Below are positions 51,958-62,753 of a stretch of 64,000 nt of DNA, one piece after another. The notes under the pieces are model-generated. The model was given only the letters and a program-made list of their open reading frames with translations. It made no database searches and was not told the origin of the DNA. Source of the stretch: a bacterium (lineage in GTDB: Bacteria > Hinthialibacterota > Hinthialibacteria > Hinthialibacterales > Hinthialibacteraceae); the NCBI GenBank assembly GCA_963662285.2, contig CAXXMV010000006.1:1424284-1488283 (forward strand), given 5' to 3'. How positions within the stretch are numbered: the first letter of the stretch is position 1; each line of letters begins with the position of its first letter. A program made the translations under genes and the position numbers.

Positions 51958-54507
51958 ATGAGAAAGAATAAAATGTCTTCAAAAATAAACAAAATAACTA
52001 TTGCCTTAGTCGGGAATCCAAACTCAGGCAAAACCACAATTTTCAATAAAATAACTGGCGAGCGCCAGCATGTTGGTAATTATGCAGGCGTTACGGTCGA
52101 AAAAAAAGATGGTTATTGTGAACATAAAGGGGTGAATATCCATGTAGTCGATCTGCCTGGAACATACAGTTTAACGGCATTTTCTCTCGAAGAGTTGGTA
52201 GCCCGGAACTTCATTATTGATGAAAAGCCGGATGTGATTGTTGATATCCTTGATGCATCAAATATCGAACGGAATCTTTATCTTGCAACTCAATTGATGG
52301 AACTCAACGTCCCGCTGGTTCTGGCGCTTAATATGAGCGATACGGCGAAATTGCGCGGGATAGAGTTTGACCTGAAGCTTTTGTCTGATCTGCTTGGAAG
52401 CCCAATCGTTACTACAATTGGCCATAAAGGCAAAGGGATCAATGAACTGCTGGATGCAGTGATATCTGTCGCAGAAGACGAGAATAGGGCGCCTGGCATC
52501 CAGATGAATTTAGGACGCGATATTGAGAAGCACATCAATAAGATTCAGGGATTGATTGAACGTGAACAAAAACTGACTGAGAAATGCAGTCCCCGATGGC
52601 TGGCCATAAAATTATTGGAAAATGATAAGGAAATCCACCAGGAAAACTGGCCTGATGATATTATTCAGGCAACCGAAAAAGCAGTCAGGCGTATTGAAGA
52701 AGTGCTGGGCGATTCGCCTGAAATTATTATCGCCGATAAAAGATATGGCATCATCTCCGGCGCCTGTCAGGAAGCTGTCCGCCTGACCGTCGAAGCGCGT
52801 CATACTTATTCAGATAAAATAGATGAAGTTCTCACCAATAGGATACTAGGTTTGCCGATATTCTTCATCATGATGTATATCGTTTTCCAGTTAACCTTCG
52901 CTTTTGGTGAAATCCCCATGGGGTGGATAGAAAACGGCTTCGCTTTTCTGGGTGACTCGATAAGTTACCTATGGCCTAATGGATCTGATAGCCTTTTGCT
53001 TTCATTGCTGGTAGATGGAATTATCGGCGGGGTTGGCGGCGTTATCGTCTTTGTTCCCAACATATTTCTGCTCTTCATGGCCATAGCCATTTTGGAAGAT
53101 ACCGGTTATATGGCGCGGGCGGCGTTTAATATGGATCGTTTGATGCATAAAATCGGCCTGCATGGCAAGAGTTTTATACCTATGCTGGTCGGATTCGGCT
53201 GTTCGGTTCCGGCGATTATGGCAACCCGCACCCTGGAAAACCGCCGCGACCGCTTGATTACTATGATGATTGTTCCATTGATGAGTTGCGGCGCCCGGTT
53301 GCCCATATACACTTTGATTATTCCCGCTTTTTTCCCACAGGTATGGCAGGCGCCGATTCTCTGGTTGATCTATTTGATTGGAATTATGGTTGCCATTGGT
53401 GTGGCTAAACTGCTGCGTATTGCTGTTTTTAAGGGAGAAAGCAGCGCCTTCGTTATGGAACTGCCGCCCTACCGCATCCCCACTCTTAAAGGCGTCATGG
53501 TTCATGTGTGGGAGCGTACATGGTTATACCTCCGTAAAGCGGGCACTGTCATTCTGGCCATCTCAATTGTAATGTGGGCTTTATCAACCTTCCCTCAAAA
53601 AACGGTTTATGACCATGATTATGATGCCATTACAGAACAATCCACCAATGATTATTTATCCGCTATCAGAGGTCTTAATCCACTACTTGATATATCGCCT
53701 CAATCTACGGTTCTGGTAGATGCGCTTCACGCTGAATATAACATGATTGAAGAACAACAGGCGTTTCACCCGTTTGAAACGGGATTTGAAATGGCGGAGC
53801 AAAAGAAGAATAAAACCATTGATCGACTGGTTCAGTCTGAAGAAGGAAAGAAATTAGCCGTTTTTCTTGAAATGATCGAACAGATATCAGTAGTTAGAAA
53901 TAATTTTGATGCATCCATCGAGCAAAATGAATTGGAAACAGGCACTACGAAATATTTATTGTTTGATCAGGAGAAAGATCATACTTTGGAAGCAATTGAA
54001 AAATCCAATCCGGTAATATATCAAGCCGCTGTTAAATACATAGATGATATCAAATCTCCATACGATGAGAAAATGTCTGAGATCAATCAATTAATTCACT
54101 CGGAGCAAATGACCTATTCTATTGCAGGTCGCATCGGCAAGGGTATAGAACCGGTTTTGAAGCCGCTGGGCTTCGATTGGAAAATAGGAACCGCACTAAT
54201 AGGGGCTTTCGCCGCCAAAGAAGTATTCGTGGCTCAATTGGGTATTGTCTATTCGTTGGGAGAGACCGATGCAAAATCTGATGCGTTGCGTCAGAAACTA
54301 CAGAAAGATTTCACGCCCTTAGCGGCTTTCTGTATTATGATATTTTGCTTGATCAGTGCGCCATGCATGGCCACCATAGCAACCACCAGGCAGGAAAGTG
54401 GTTCCTGGAAATGGGCTATGCTGCAGTTAGGTGGATTGACTCTGATAGCCTATATTCTCACCTTGGTTATCTATCAGTCCGGTTTATTATTTGGAATAGG
54501 AATCTAA
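51958..54507 (+). CDS. feoB: Ferrous iron transporter FeoB (N-terminal GTPase plus membrane permease)
   Basis: The G-domain has LVGNPNSGKTTIFN, DLPGTYS and NMSD. The polytopic C-terminal domain shows the typical FeoB gate motifs. Confidence 0.93.
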   Translation: MRKNKMSSKINKITIALVGNPNSGKTTIFNKITGERQHVGNYAGVTVEKKDGYCEHKGVNIHVVDLPGTYSLTAFSLEELVARNFIIDEKPDVIVDILDASNIERNLYLATQLMELNVPLVLALNMSDTAKLRGIEFDLKLLSDLLGSPIVTTIGHKGKGINELLDAVISVAEDENRAPGIQMNLGRDIEKHINKIQGLIEREQKLTEKCSPRWLAIKLLENDKEIHQENWPDDIIQATEKAVRRIEEVLGDSPEIIIADKRYGIISGACQEAVRLTVEARHTYSDKIDEVLTNRILGLPIFFIMMYIVFQLTFAFGEIPMGWIENGFAFLGDSISYLWPNGSDSLLLSLLVDGIIGGVGGVIVFVPNIFLLFMAIAILEDTGYMARAAFNMDRLMHKIGLHGKSFIPMLVGFGCSVPAIMATRTLENRRDRLITMMIVPLMSCGARLPIYTLIIPAFFPQVWQAPILWLIYLIGIMVAIGVAKLLRIAVFKGESSAFVMELPPYRIPTLKGVMVHVWERTWLYLRKAGTVILAISIVMWALSTFPQKTVYDHDYDAITEQSTNDYLSAIRGLNPLLDISPQSTVLVDALHAEYNMIEEQQAFHPFETGFEMAEQKKNKTIDRLVQSEEGKKLAVFLEMIEQISVVRNNFDASIEQNELETGTTKYLLFDQEKDHTLEAIEKSNPVIYQAAVKYIDDIKSPYDEKMSEINQLIHSEQMTYSIAGRIGKGIEPVLKPLGFDWKIGTALIGAFAAKEVFVAQLGIVYSLGETDAKSDALRQKLQKDFTPLAAFCIMIFCLISAPCMATIATTRQESGSWKWAMLQLGGLTLIAYILTLVIYQSGLLFGIGI

Positions 54508-54520
54508 AAGGAAATCTATC

Positions 54521-54718
54521 ATGTTTGAAAACATCATTGTTTTTATTATAATCTGCATCGCAGGATTTTTTGTAAGCCGTTCGTTAAGGAAATCCTTATC
54601 CGCCAAAGGTGGAGGATGTAATTGCGGACAAGGCGGCGAAGGTTGCAGCGGGCAATCATGCTGCGATTCTTCTCAAGAAACTATTAGTATTAGTAACAAT
54701 AAAGATCAAAAGAAATAA
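54521..54718 (+). CDS. FeoB-associated Cys-rich small membrane protein
   Basis: The 65-aa protein has one TM helix (IIVFIIICIAGFFV) and then GGGCNCGQGGEGCSGQSCC. It lies directly after feoB. Confidence 0.75.
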   Translation: MFENIIVFIIICIAGFFVSRSLRKSLSAKGGGCNCGQGGEGCSGQSCCDSSQETISISNNKDQKK

Positions 54719-54759
54719 AGATTGCAATTTGTTTTTCGACTTCACAGGTTTATATCTCT

Positions 54760-56499
54760 ATGCCAAGACTAAGTCGAACCAATAGGATTGAAAGTTTCAT
54801 ATTAGGCCTTTTACTTTGGTTGGGGATTTTTTGCGTTAACTCTTATGCATTGGAAATTGCTTATAAAATCTCGATGCCTAATCCTGCTGATCACTATTTT
54901 ATTGTTCAGATAGATATCTCAGGTATTGAGACTGATTCACTCGATCTTCAAATGCCCGCCTGGTCTCCCGGACATTATCAGATTTTCGATTTCTCCCGTA
55001 ACATAAGCCGTTTTTCCGCCCAAGCGAATGGAAACTCTCTTCCATTCAATAAAACAGATAAACTAACCTGGAATATTCAGATGCTTGGCGCCTCTCAAGC
55101 AACCGTTAAATATCGAGTTTTCAGCGATAACCTGACCGGAGAATTATCTCAACTCAATGATTTTCATGCTTTCCTGATTGGCGCCAGCCTGTATATGTAT
55201 GTGGTTGATCATCAAGACAATCCAGTATCTTTGGATATCGAGCCTTATCCGGGGTGGCATATTTTATCCAGCGCCGGTGAAATCGGTCAGAGGCATTTTG
55301 AGTTTCCCCATTACGACCGGATGATAGACGAATTGGTTCAAATGGGTGAATTCATTGTGGATCGTTTCACTATTGCCAATACAGAATATCGCGTCTGCAT
55401 CGCTAACACCGGAAGCGGGGAAAGACGGTTGGAGTTGGTTGAAACGCTTCGCGTACTTCAACAGTACGCCGTCGAAATGTTAGGCCCCATAGATAATGAC
55501 ATCTATACTTTCTTCTGGCATTTTTTCCCTGATTCAAATTACAGCGCCGCGATGGAGCATATGAACTGCTGTCAGATGACCCGTAGACATGCCTTGAATG
55601 ATCAAACGCCAAATATGGATATGACCATCTGGGTGGCTGCTCATGAGTTAAGCCACACATGGAACGTTAAACGGCTTCGTCCTCAAGGTTTGGGGCCGTT
55701 CGATTACACCAAAGAAGTTTACACGGATCTTTTATGGTTTGCCGAAGGGTGCACCAGTTATCTGGCTGATCTGATCATGGTGCGATCCGGCGTTTGGAAC
55801 AAAGAAGAATTTTATGATCAATTCGCTGATCAAATGACGAATTTCCGTAATTCAACGGGAATTTATGAACGCAGTCCTGAGCAGGCAGGTTTTGATAACT
55901 GGCTGATTCCAAATAATGATAAGTATAAAACTGATTGGTATAGTAATTGGACCAGTTATTATATATCCGGCGAGTTGCTAGGCATGTGCATTGATCTGGA
56001 AATCCGCCGCTTAACCGGCAATCAGAAGAATTTTGATGATTTCTTTTTGCTCTTATATAACCGCGCTTACCTGCAAGCGGAAGCGGAATCTTATTATGCT
56101 CCAGGACGCGGCTATACCACCAGCGACCTTCTGCAAGCGCTGCATGATACAACCAATACTTCCTGGGATTTATTTTATTCTGATTATATCGCCTCTTCCG
56201 GCGATATTCCTTTCGAGCAATTTTTGGCTTACGCAGGATTGGAACTGATTGATATTAATAACGAAGTCTCAGCCAACTTTTATCAGTCATCAGCTGATTT
56301 TGAAGCATACCCGGATATTTATCTTAATCAAAAAAAATTCTTCATAGAAAGCGATACGCTCTCTTCAGTGGATATCCAGAATGAAATTAGGATTTACAAA
56401 ATTATCGAATCAGATGACGCATCGCCGTTAGCTTTAGAAATACGGCAAGATTGGCTCCAACCTCAACATACAACCTCTCTCGAATGGATGCATTACTAG
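54760..56499 (+). CDS. M61 family (glycyl aminopeptidase-like) zinc metallopeptidase
   Basis: The protein has a signal/TM segment. HELSHTWNVKRLRPQGLGPFDY contains the HExxH motif plus the M61 signature, and WFAEGCTSY follows. Confidence 0.85.
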   Translation: MPRLSRTNRIESFILGLLLWLGIFCVNSYALEIAYKISMPNPADHYFIVQIDISGIETDSLDLQMPAWSPGHYQIFDFSRNISRFSAQANGNSLPFNKTDKLTWNIQMLGASQATVKYRVFSDNLTGELSQLNDFHAFLIGASLYMYVVDHQDNPVSLDIEPYPGWHILSSAGEIGQRHFEFPHYDRMIDELVQMGEFIVDRFTIANTEYRVCIANTGSGERRLELVETLRVLQQYAVEMLGPIDNDIYTFFWHFFPDSNYSAAMEHMNCCQMTRRHALNDQTPNMDMTIWVAAHELSHTWNVKRLRPQGLGPFDYTKEVYTDLLWFAEGCTSYLADLIMVRSGVWNKEEFYDQFADQMTNFRNSTGIYERSPEQAGFDNWLIPNNDKYKTDWYSNWTSYYISGELLGMCIDLEIRRLTGNQKNFDDFFLLLYNRAYLQAEAESYYAPGRGYTTSDLLQALHDTTNTSWDLFYSDYIASSGDIPFEQFLAYAGLELIDINNEVSANFYQSSADFEAYPDIYLNQKKFFIESDTLSSVDIQNEIRIYKIIESDDASPLALEIRQDWLQPQHTTSLEWMHY

Positions 56500-56700
56500 C
56501 AAAATACCTTAAATACCATTAATCTGCTTTTATTCCAATGATTTTACAAAGATAAGCCCAAAAACAATGGTTTAAGACAAATTTCATTTTTAATTGACTA
56601 TAATATTAGTAGTTGGAAAACTCAAAAAAACTGACAACATATTCGCATTTCTTCTCGTTAATATTAGTTGAACACTCTTTTATTTGATAATGATATATAT

Positions 56701-59700
56701 ATGAAAAAGTTCTTGTTTAATACTGTTTTGCAGTTATATTCGTCGATTTCTTATCGAATGGTCTGTCTATTTATTCTCGCATTGTTTTATTCTACACTGG
56801 TTTTCGGCGAATCAGTTTGGGTATCACGGTTATTCAAACCCTTCGATGGGCTTGCTTATCAAGTAGTTCGCGACATGGTTCAGACTCCCGATGGATCGAT
56901 TTGGTTTGCCACATGGGGAGGAGGACTTTCCCGTTTCAATGGCTCTAAATGGGAAACAATTAATGAAGAGAAAGATTTATCAGATTATATGATCCGCAGT
57001 CTTGCCTGCGATCTTCAAGGTGGATTATGGGTCGGCAGTATAAAGGGTATTAAATATTATGATGGTCTGCAATGGAAACAGTATTCCACCCAAACTGTAC
57101 CGGATTTGAAAATGGACTCAGTGTTTACTATACTCCCACGAAAAAACGGTGAGATATGGTTCGGGATGGATAACGGGTTTCTCTATTCATATAATTCCCT
57201 GGAAACTGCCTCTAAAGAATGGACTCTTGTTAATAATCCTGAGTTTTTCCAAAACAAAGCCATCCGCTGTTTGATTGAACTGGATGATGGATCGATCTTG
57301 GCGGGAGGAAATAGAATCTATCAATTCAATGGGCGGGAATGGAATGATCATTCTTTAGGTCAAGATATTCGTTATTTATATAAAATGAAAAATGGTCGAA
57401 TTATGGCCGCAGGACTTAAAGCGCTCTTCCAGTTTGATGGAGAGCGATGGGAAATAGTAGAAGATGCAGCTGTTCAACCACGTAGTATTTTTGAAACCCA
57501 CGATAGTTCCATCATGGTTGGTACGAAAATGGGTGTGCGTTTGTATCAACACAATGCTTGGAGCGATTTTAAACTATCCAATGACTTCGCTCAACCATAT
57601 GTGGAAATGATTCGCTCTTTTGAAGATGGCTCGATATGGATAGGTACAAGAAATGGAGTCTATTTAGTTCAGCGATCAGATTGGGCAATATTCACGCCGC
57701 CACCATCAGAATATATTTTTAAAGCGAAGCGTTTTTTTTCATCTCCACAAATTTCTCCGAGAATAATCACGCAAAAAGGTGAAATCATAAGCCCAATAGA
57801 AGATGACTGGATAAACCTTGGGACTTTTAAGAAAAACAATGATGAAATTATTGAAATCCTGCATTATGATAAGGATCGACTGACGATTCATACGAGAAAT
57901 GCTTTTATTGAATACACTGCCAACGATCTTTCAATCATACGCTCAGTTCCAATACCTGATTCTTTGAATCAATTAAATGGATATCAAACTGTTGATGGAG
58001 TATTCTGGTTATATGGTGCGGAAGGACTATTCTATTGTACTGGATTGGGCTGGAAGCCTTATGAACGGAACAATCATCAGCCAAACGAGAGAGTAAGATT
58101 ATTCAAGGAAACACGGGATGGAACAAGATGGATAGTTTTTCATGATGGTATAGAAGTGATAGGTAAAGAATATCCTTTTTTAGATATATTTAAAACGCCG
58201 CGTAATATTGGCCATGCCGTAACTGATATTTGCGTTGACCGTGATGGTTCCATCTGGTTTGGGACTAGTGGATTGGGTATTTTCGTTTATGACGGTATGG
58301 ATTTTAAGAATTATAACAGTCGCAGAGAACTTCCCAGTGACTGGATATTATGCCTGTATGAAGATTCCGGGGGCGCTATATGGGCGGGGATGGATGATTC
58401 TACCGTTGCTTCTTTCCGGGACCACAGATGGATCACTTTTTCAAAAAAAGAGATCGAATTGGAATCCCGGATAACTAAAATTACTGAAGATTCGAGCGGC
58501 GCGGTTTGGTTTGTAGTAGAACCCGCAGGTTTGGTGCGATACACTCCATCAACCTATGCCCCCGAAACCATGATTGATGTTTTTCCCAAAGATATTGTTC
58601 CGCAAGGAATGGGCATTTTTTCATTTCATGGATGGGATGCGTTGCATATGACGCTTCCAAATGAGTTGGCTTTTTCTTGGCGAATATTAGATCATCAAAG
58701 CGGGAATGATATCGTTCCATGGTCGCCATATGAAAAGAAGAATACGGTCAGTTCTCCTCCCTTGAATCCCGGAGAGTATGTATTCGAAGTGCGGGCGGCC
58801 GATAAGGAAAGAAATTTTGATCCCACTCCCGCATCCGTGCGGTTTTTTGTTGAACCGTATTTTTATATGAAAACCGGTTTCTGGATTCCATTACTTGTTT
58901 TAATTATCCTTGTATTGGTTTCATTACTCATCGTTTACCGGAAACACCGGGCATTACGGGAAAGTGAAAAATGGCTTTCTCATGCTCAGAAAATCGCCCA
59001 CATTGGTCATTGGATCGCAGATTTTTCTCAAAACAAACTGTTTGGATCAGATGAGGCTTATAGAATATTAGGAACCGCAAGGGAGAGTGTTAAAGGTTCG
59101 TACCAATCCTATCTGCATTTCGTTCATCCTGAAGATAGGAAATACGTACAGCAAACTATTCGTACGGCATTAACAGAAAAACAAACGTTCAAATTCGATC
59201 ACCGTATTATTTTAGCGGAAGGCTTATTATGTACGGTTCAGATACAATCCAATATCGTGACCAACGATTCCGGCCAACCAATTCGTATGGTGGGCACTAT
59301 CCAGGATATAACTGATAAAAGACGCGCTGAAGAAGACGCTCAAAGAATTCAAAAACTCGAAGCGATCAGAGTCTTAGCTGGCGGAATCGCGCATGATTTC
59401 AATAACCTTCTGATGGCGATTCTCGGGAACATTTCATTAGTCAAACGTTCTCTTGATCCCCAGAGTGTTGCTTATAAACGATTGCTCGTATCGGAAAAGG
59501 CCAGTCATAAAGCTCATGATTTAACCATGAAACTGATATCTTTTGGTGAGGCGAGCAAGCCAATCAAGAAATTGTGTTCTCTGGACACAATAGTGAAACG
59601 TTCATCACTCCTCGCGATTAATGAATCCAATACTCGTTTGGAGTTTGACATACAGGATCATCTCGATGCGGTTGAAGTTGATGACCGGCAAATCGACCGG

Positions 59701-60078
59701 GTAATCAAGAATGTTATAGATAATGCCAGTCAATCCATGCCGGACGGGGGGCTTATAAATATTTGTATCAAGAATATTGAAATTCATGATGAATCGATGA
59801 TTGATTTATCCAAAGGACATTACCTTGTAGTCACTATCGAAGATCATGGTTGCGGAATTCCTTCAGAACATCTATCCAAGATATTCGATCCCTATTTTAC
59901 CACTAGGGATAACGTGACTCAGAAAGGTATGGGTTTGGGCTTGGCAATCAGCTTTTCAATAATCAAACAACATAAGGGGCATATCATAGTGGAATCCGAA
60001 CCGGGCATTGGATCGAAATTTCATATCTATCTACCCGCTTATGAAGGACATCATGCCAATTCTGATAATATTGATTAG
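56701..60078 (+). CDS. Sensor histidine kinase with a periplasmic two-component-regulator-propeller/Y_Y_Y region, a TM helix, a PAS domain, HisKA and HATPase_c
   Basis: The repeats are DGSIWFATWGGGLSRFNG, GGLWVGS, DGSIWFGTSGLGIFVYDG and similar. The TM helix is FWIPLLVLIILVLVSLLIV. The PAS region is followed by the H-box GGIAHDFNNLL and the G-boxes DHGCGIP and GMGLGLA. The ATG at 56701 is preferred over the TTG at 56668. Confidence 0.88.
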   Translation: MKKFLFNTVLQLYSSISYRMVCLFILALFYSTLVFGESVWVSRLFKPFDGLAYQVVRDMVQTPDGSIWFATWGGGLSRFNGSKWETINEEKDLSDYMIRSLACDLQGGLWVGSIKGIKYYDGLQWKQYSTQTVPDLKMDSVFTILPRKNGEIWFGMDNGFLYSYNSLETASKEWTLVNNPEFFQNKAIRCLIELDDGSILAGGNRIYQFNGREWNDHSLGQDIRYLYKMKNGRIMAAGLKALFQFDGERWEIVEDAAVQPRSIFETHDSSIMVGTKMGVRLYQHNAWSDFKLSNDFAQPYVEMIRSFEDGSIWIGTRNGVYLVQRSDWAIFTPPPSEYIFKAKRFFSSPQISPRIITQKGEIISPIEDDWINLGTFKKNNDEIIEILHYDKDRLTIHTRNAFIEYTANDLSIIRSVPIPDSLNQLNGYQTVDGVFWLYGAEGLFYCTGLGWKPYERNNHQPNERVRLFKETRDGTRWIVFHDGIEVIGKEYPFLDIFKTPRNIGHAVTDICVDRDGSIWFGTSGLGIFVYDGMDFKNYNSRRELPSDWILCLYEDSGGAIWAGMDDSTVASFRDHRWITFSKKEIELESRITKITEDSSGAVWFVVEPAGLVRYTPSTYAPETMIDVFPKDIVPQGMGIFSFHGWDALHMTLPNELAFSWRILDHQSGNDIVPWSPYEKKNTVSSPPLNPGEYVFEVRAADKERNFDPTPASVRFFVEPYFYMKTGFWIPLLVLIILVLVSLLIVYRKHRALRESEKWLSHAQKIAHIGHWIADFSQNKLFGSDEAYRILGTARESVKGSYQSYLHFVHPEDRKYVQQTIRTALTEKQTFKFDHRIILAEGLLCTVQIQSNIVTNDSGQPIRMVGTIQDITDKRRAEEDAQRIQKLEAIRVLAGGIAHDFNNLLMAILGNISLVKRSLDPQSVAYKRLLVSEKASHKAHDLTMKLISFGEASKPIKKLCSLDTIVKRSSLLAINESNTRLEFDIQDHLDAVEVDDRQIDRVIKNVIDNASQSMPDGGLINICIKNIEIHDESMIDLSKGHYLVVTIEDHGCGIPSEHLSKIFDPYFTTRDNVTQKGMGLGLAISFSIIKQHKGHIIVESEPGIGSKFHIYLPAYEGHHANSDNID

Positions 60079-60163
60079 AACTAATAATTCTATAATTATT
60101 AGCAATCCCCGGCAATAAATCACCGGGGATTACTTTATTACGAATAGTTACGAAAAGGTTTGA

Positions 60164-62470
60164 TTAAAATCCTGGAGGACCTCTCATGAATCCTCTTGGT
60201 GGTCTGGCGTTTTGATTAATACCTCCAGTTATTTCACTATTATCGAGATCATTACTTTGATTGGCGTCCCAATTCTTGAACCAATCCGCCCATAATGATT
60301 TGAAATCAGATTGAGTTATATTGCCGTCATCATCCGCTTTTTCCATAAAAGGCGCCACCAAGAGCATTCCTGGAGAAAAACCTTCTGGAGGACCGAATGG
60401 CATGTCTTCTGGAGCGTGAAAGATTTGCCCTAAACCATCTGAAATCTCTTTTTCATTTAGAATTTTGCTATTGTCCTTATCCCATTCAGTAGACCATTGA
60501 ACAACCTTGTTATCCCATTCGGATTGAGGAATTTTGCCATCTTTATCAATATCAAGTACATCAAGGAGTTGTGGGCCTAAAAACATACCCGGACCAAAAC
60601 CGCCGGGACCGCCGGGACCGCCGGGGCCGCCGGGGCCGCCAGGACCGCCTCTACCACCAGGGCCGCCTCGCGTGAGTTTGACTCCTTCAGATTCTCCATC
60701 CAACTGTTGTTGGATGGATAGACGACGTCCTTCGATCCAGGAAACAATAGAAAAACTTGAGCGTATTCCCCCTGGTCCTCTTCCTCCGGGGCCTCTTCCA
60801 AAATCTGGTCTTCCTTCTCTACGGACTTCTCTGTTCTGATCTGCCCCTGGTCTATTTCCGGGAGAAAATGGATTATCTATCTCTCGCGTTATATCAATGG
60901 GTTCATCAGAGATTGCTTTAACGTATTGATCGAATTGCGAGTTCGGTTCTTCTTTTACTGTATCTTGAATGACCTTATTTATGGCGTCAATTTTGTCTCT
61001 GATGCGTTCCGGTTGGAAAATTGTTTTATTGAACTCGCGGATATATCCCAAATATTTTTCTTTCCACTGAGGTATAGCCAGTATGCGTTCAATAAGAATC
61101 TGATTAGTCGCTACAGGTTGATCTATGTTCGCTTGCATTTGATTAATGTAAGATCCAACCATGGGGAACGTGCCGAATGAATGATTCAAATCCCAAGGTA
61201 TCCATAGGTATTTTTGACTATTGGGATCGCCATAGATGTAAAAATTCTGTCCCATCGAGAGAATTCCATCGTAATTGGAGGTAACCACATATACCGATAG
61301 AAAACGCAGGAATTGATTTACATCGGTATATTTTTCGATCTGTCCTGTGAATTCTTCATCGCTCGATTCATTGACGAATTTGGTGAAATCCATAAACCGT
61401 TTGGCTTCTTTCCAGGTAACATCATCCGATTTTGGCATGTATTGTCGTACATAATTATCCCAGTTTTCGCCCAGGTATGGAAAATCTTGAAGATGTTGCG
61501 CTTTGACTAATAGACCTTTTTTTTGATCAAAATTACGTTTCAGAAAGTCTGAATCGACTTGTTCAATCATGGTATATAAACCAAGATATTCAGGTTCGTT
61601 GCGTCCTTCCACATTCAAATAAATCTTAGCCAATGCTGTTCTGGGCGCCGCTATCTGGAAATCCCTGAACATTTCATAAGCCAATGTATCGATCATGTGA
61701 GATGGAGTCATCATATTGTTATTCAGATTTAATTTTTTGATGCCAAAAAATTTCTGGTTTTTTGAGAATCTATTAAAATCAACTTTGAATGATTTCTTGG
61801 GGCTATTACGCGCCATCATAAATGTTGAATGCCCCTTAAACCGTAGACCAACATTCTTGATGGTTTGTCCTTCAAATACAAAATCTGCTTTAACGTATGT
61901 AAAATTCGTTCCTCCCATACCAGGTCCCGGGCCTCTCATTCCTCCTTCTCGGCGGTTTGGACGTTGATCTTGTGTATCAGGTCGGTCGTTAGAATCTCGT
62001 ATGTTTTGATCCGGTCGTGGAGGACGTTGATCTTGCGCATCAGGTCGAACGTTAGTATCGCGCATGTTTTGATCCGGCCGGGGAGGACGTTGATCTTGTG
62101 CATCAGGTCGAACGTTAGTATCTCGCATGTTTTGATCCGGTCGTGGAGGACGTTGATCTTGTGCATCAGGTCGAACGTTAGTATCTCGTATGTTTTGATC
62201 CGGTCGTGGAGGACGATTATCTCCATCATTCATTGGCGGACGATTGCCCATAGGAGGTCCACCGGGGAATCCACCGGAATTTTCCGGTTCGATTTTTTCC
62301 CATTGTTCAGCGGAAACCTTTAATTGTATGGTCCATAGTTTCGTCATGCCGAATAATTCATCTGATGATTTATCACCCAGCGATTTTGATTCAGCAATTT
62401 CTGGATAATAGACGCACGCCAATAGAAGAATTATTAAAGTACAGCAAATTGTGAAATACTTAGATGTCAT
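60164..62470 (-). CDS. CotH kinase family protein with N-terminal Pro/Asp-rich tandem repeats, a Gly-Pro tract and C-terminal EF-hand/dockerin-like loops
   Basis: The CotH core is YVKADFVFEGQTIKNVGLRFKGHST...KKSFKVDFNRF...KKLNLNN...PSHMIDTLAYEMFRD. A 21-aa unit RPPRPDQNMRDTNVRPDAQDQ occurs about four times. The Gly-Pro tract is GGPGGRGGPGGPGGPGGPGGPGG, and DIDKDGKI-type loops follow. I prefer the start at MTSKYF (62470) after GAGAGGAAA. Confidence 0.82.
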   Translation of the reverse strand: MTSKYFTICCTLIILLLACVYYPEIAESKSLGDKSSDELFGMTKLWTIQLKVSAEQWEKIEPENSGGFPGGPPMGNRPPMNDGDNRPPRPDQNIRDTNVRPDAQDQRPPRPDQNMRDTNVRPDAQDQRPPRPDQNMRDTNVRPDAQDQRPPRPDQNIRDSNDRPDTQDQRPNRREGGMRGPGPGMGGTNFTYVKADFVFEGQTIKNVGLRFKGHSTFMMARNSPKKSFKVDFNRFSKNQKFFGIKKLNLNNNMMTPSHMIDTLAYEMFRDFQIAAPRTALAKIYLNVEGRNEPEYLGLYTMIEQVDSDFLKRNFDQKKGLLVKAQHLQDFPYLGENWDNYVRQYMPKSDDVTWKEAKRFMDFTKFVNESSDEEFTGQIEKYTDVNQFLRFLSVYVVTSNYDGILSMGQNFYIYGDPNSQKYLWIPWDLNHSFGTFPMVGSYINQMQANIDQPVATNQILIERILAIPQWKEKYLGYIREFNKTIFQPERIRDKIDAINKVIQDTVKEEPNSQFDQYVKAISDEPIDITREIDNPFSPGNRPGADQNREVRREGRPDFGRGPGGRGPGGIRSSFSIVSWIEGRRLSIQQQLDGESEGVKLTRGGPGGRGGPGGPGGPGGPGGPGGFGPGMFLGPQLLDVLDIDKDGKIPQSEWDNKVVQWSTEWDKDNSKILNEKEISDGLGQIFHAPEDMPFGPPEGFSPGMLLVAPFMEKADDDGNITQSDFKSLWADWFKNWDANQSNDLDNSEITGGINQNARPPRGFMRGPPGF
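61959..62215 (-). repeat. 63-bp tandem repeats (4 copies) encoding the Pro-rich units of the CotH protein
   Basis: The word ggacgttgatcttg recurs at 61959, 62022, 62085 and 62148, and a degenerate copy lies at 62211. Confidence 0.9.
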
Positions 62471-62753
62471 CTTGTATTTTCCTCTCAATAATTAACTTTT
62501 ATTTTCAGGATTTTTTTTACAAATATGTTAATTTGCAAGAATGAGGCCAATAATTATTTATCCATGAGTATAAGTTGATGCATAGCAAAAAACGCTGGAT
62601 TGTTTTATTGATTTGTGGTTTATGAGAAATTAAAGTATTTTTACGAGGAAAATTGTTAATACATAAATTGAGCAAAATTAGCACATTAGCGCAGGTTGTT
62701 TGCGCAATTATTGCTCAAGGGATGAAAGGTAATATGAATGCCATTCAAGTTAT

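Noticed and set aside
61865-62323. Plus-strand 152-aa ORF and minus-strand 97-aa ORF with repeats, overlapping the CotH gene.
   Set aside because: They are alternative-frame readings of the 63-bp tandem repeats. The CotH frame continues into conserved domains and the others do not.
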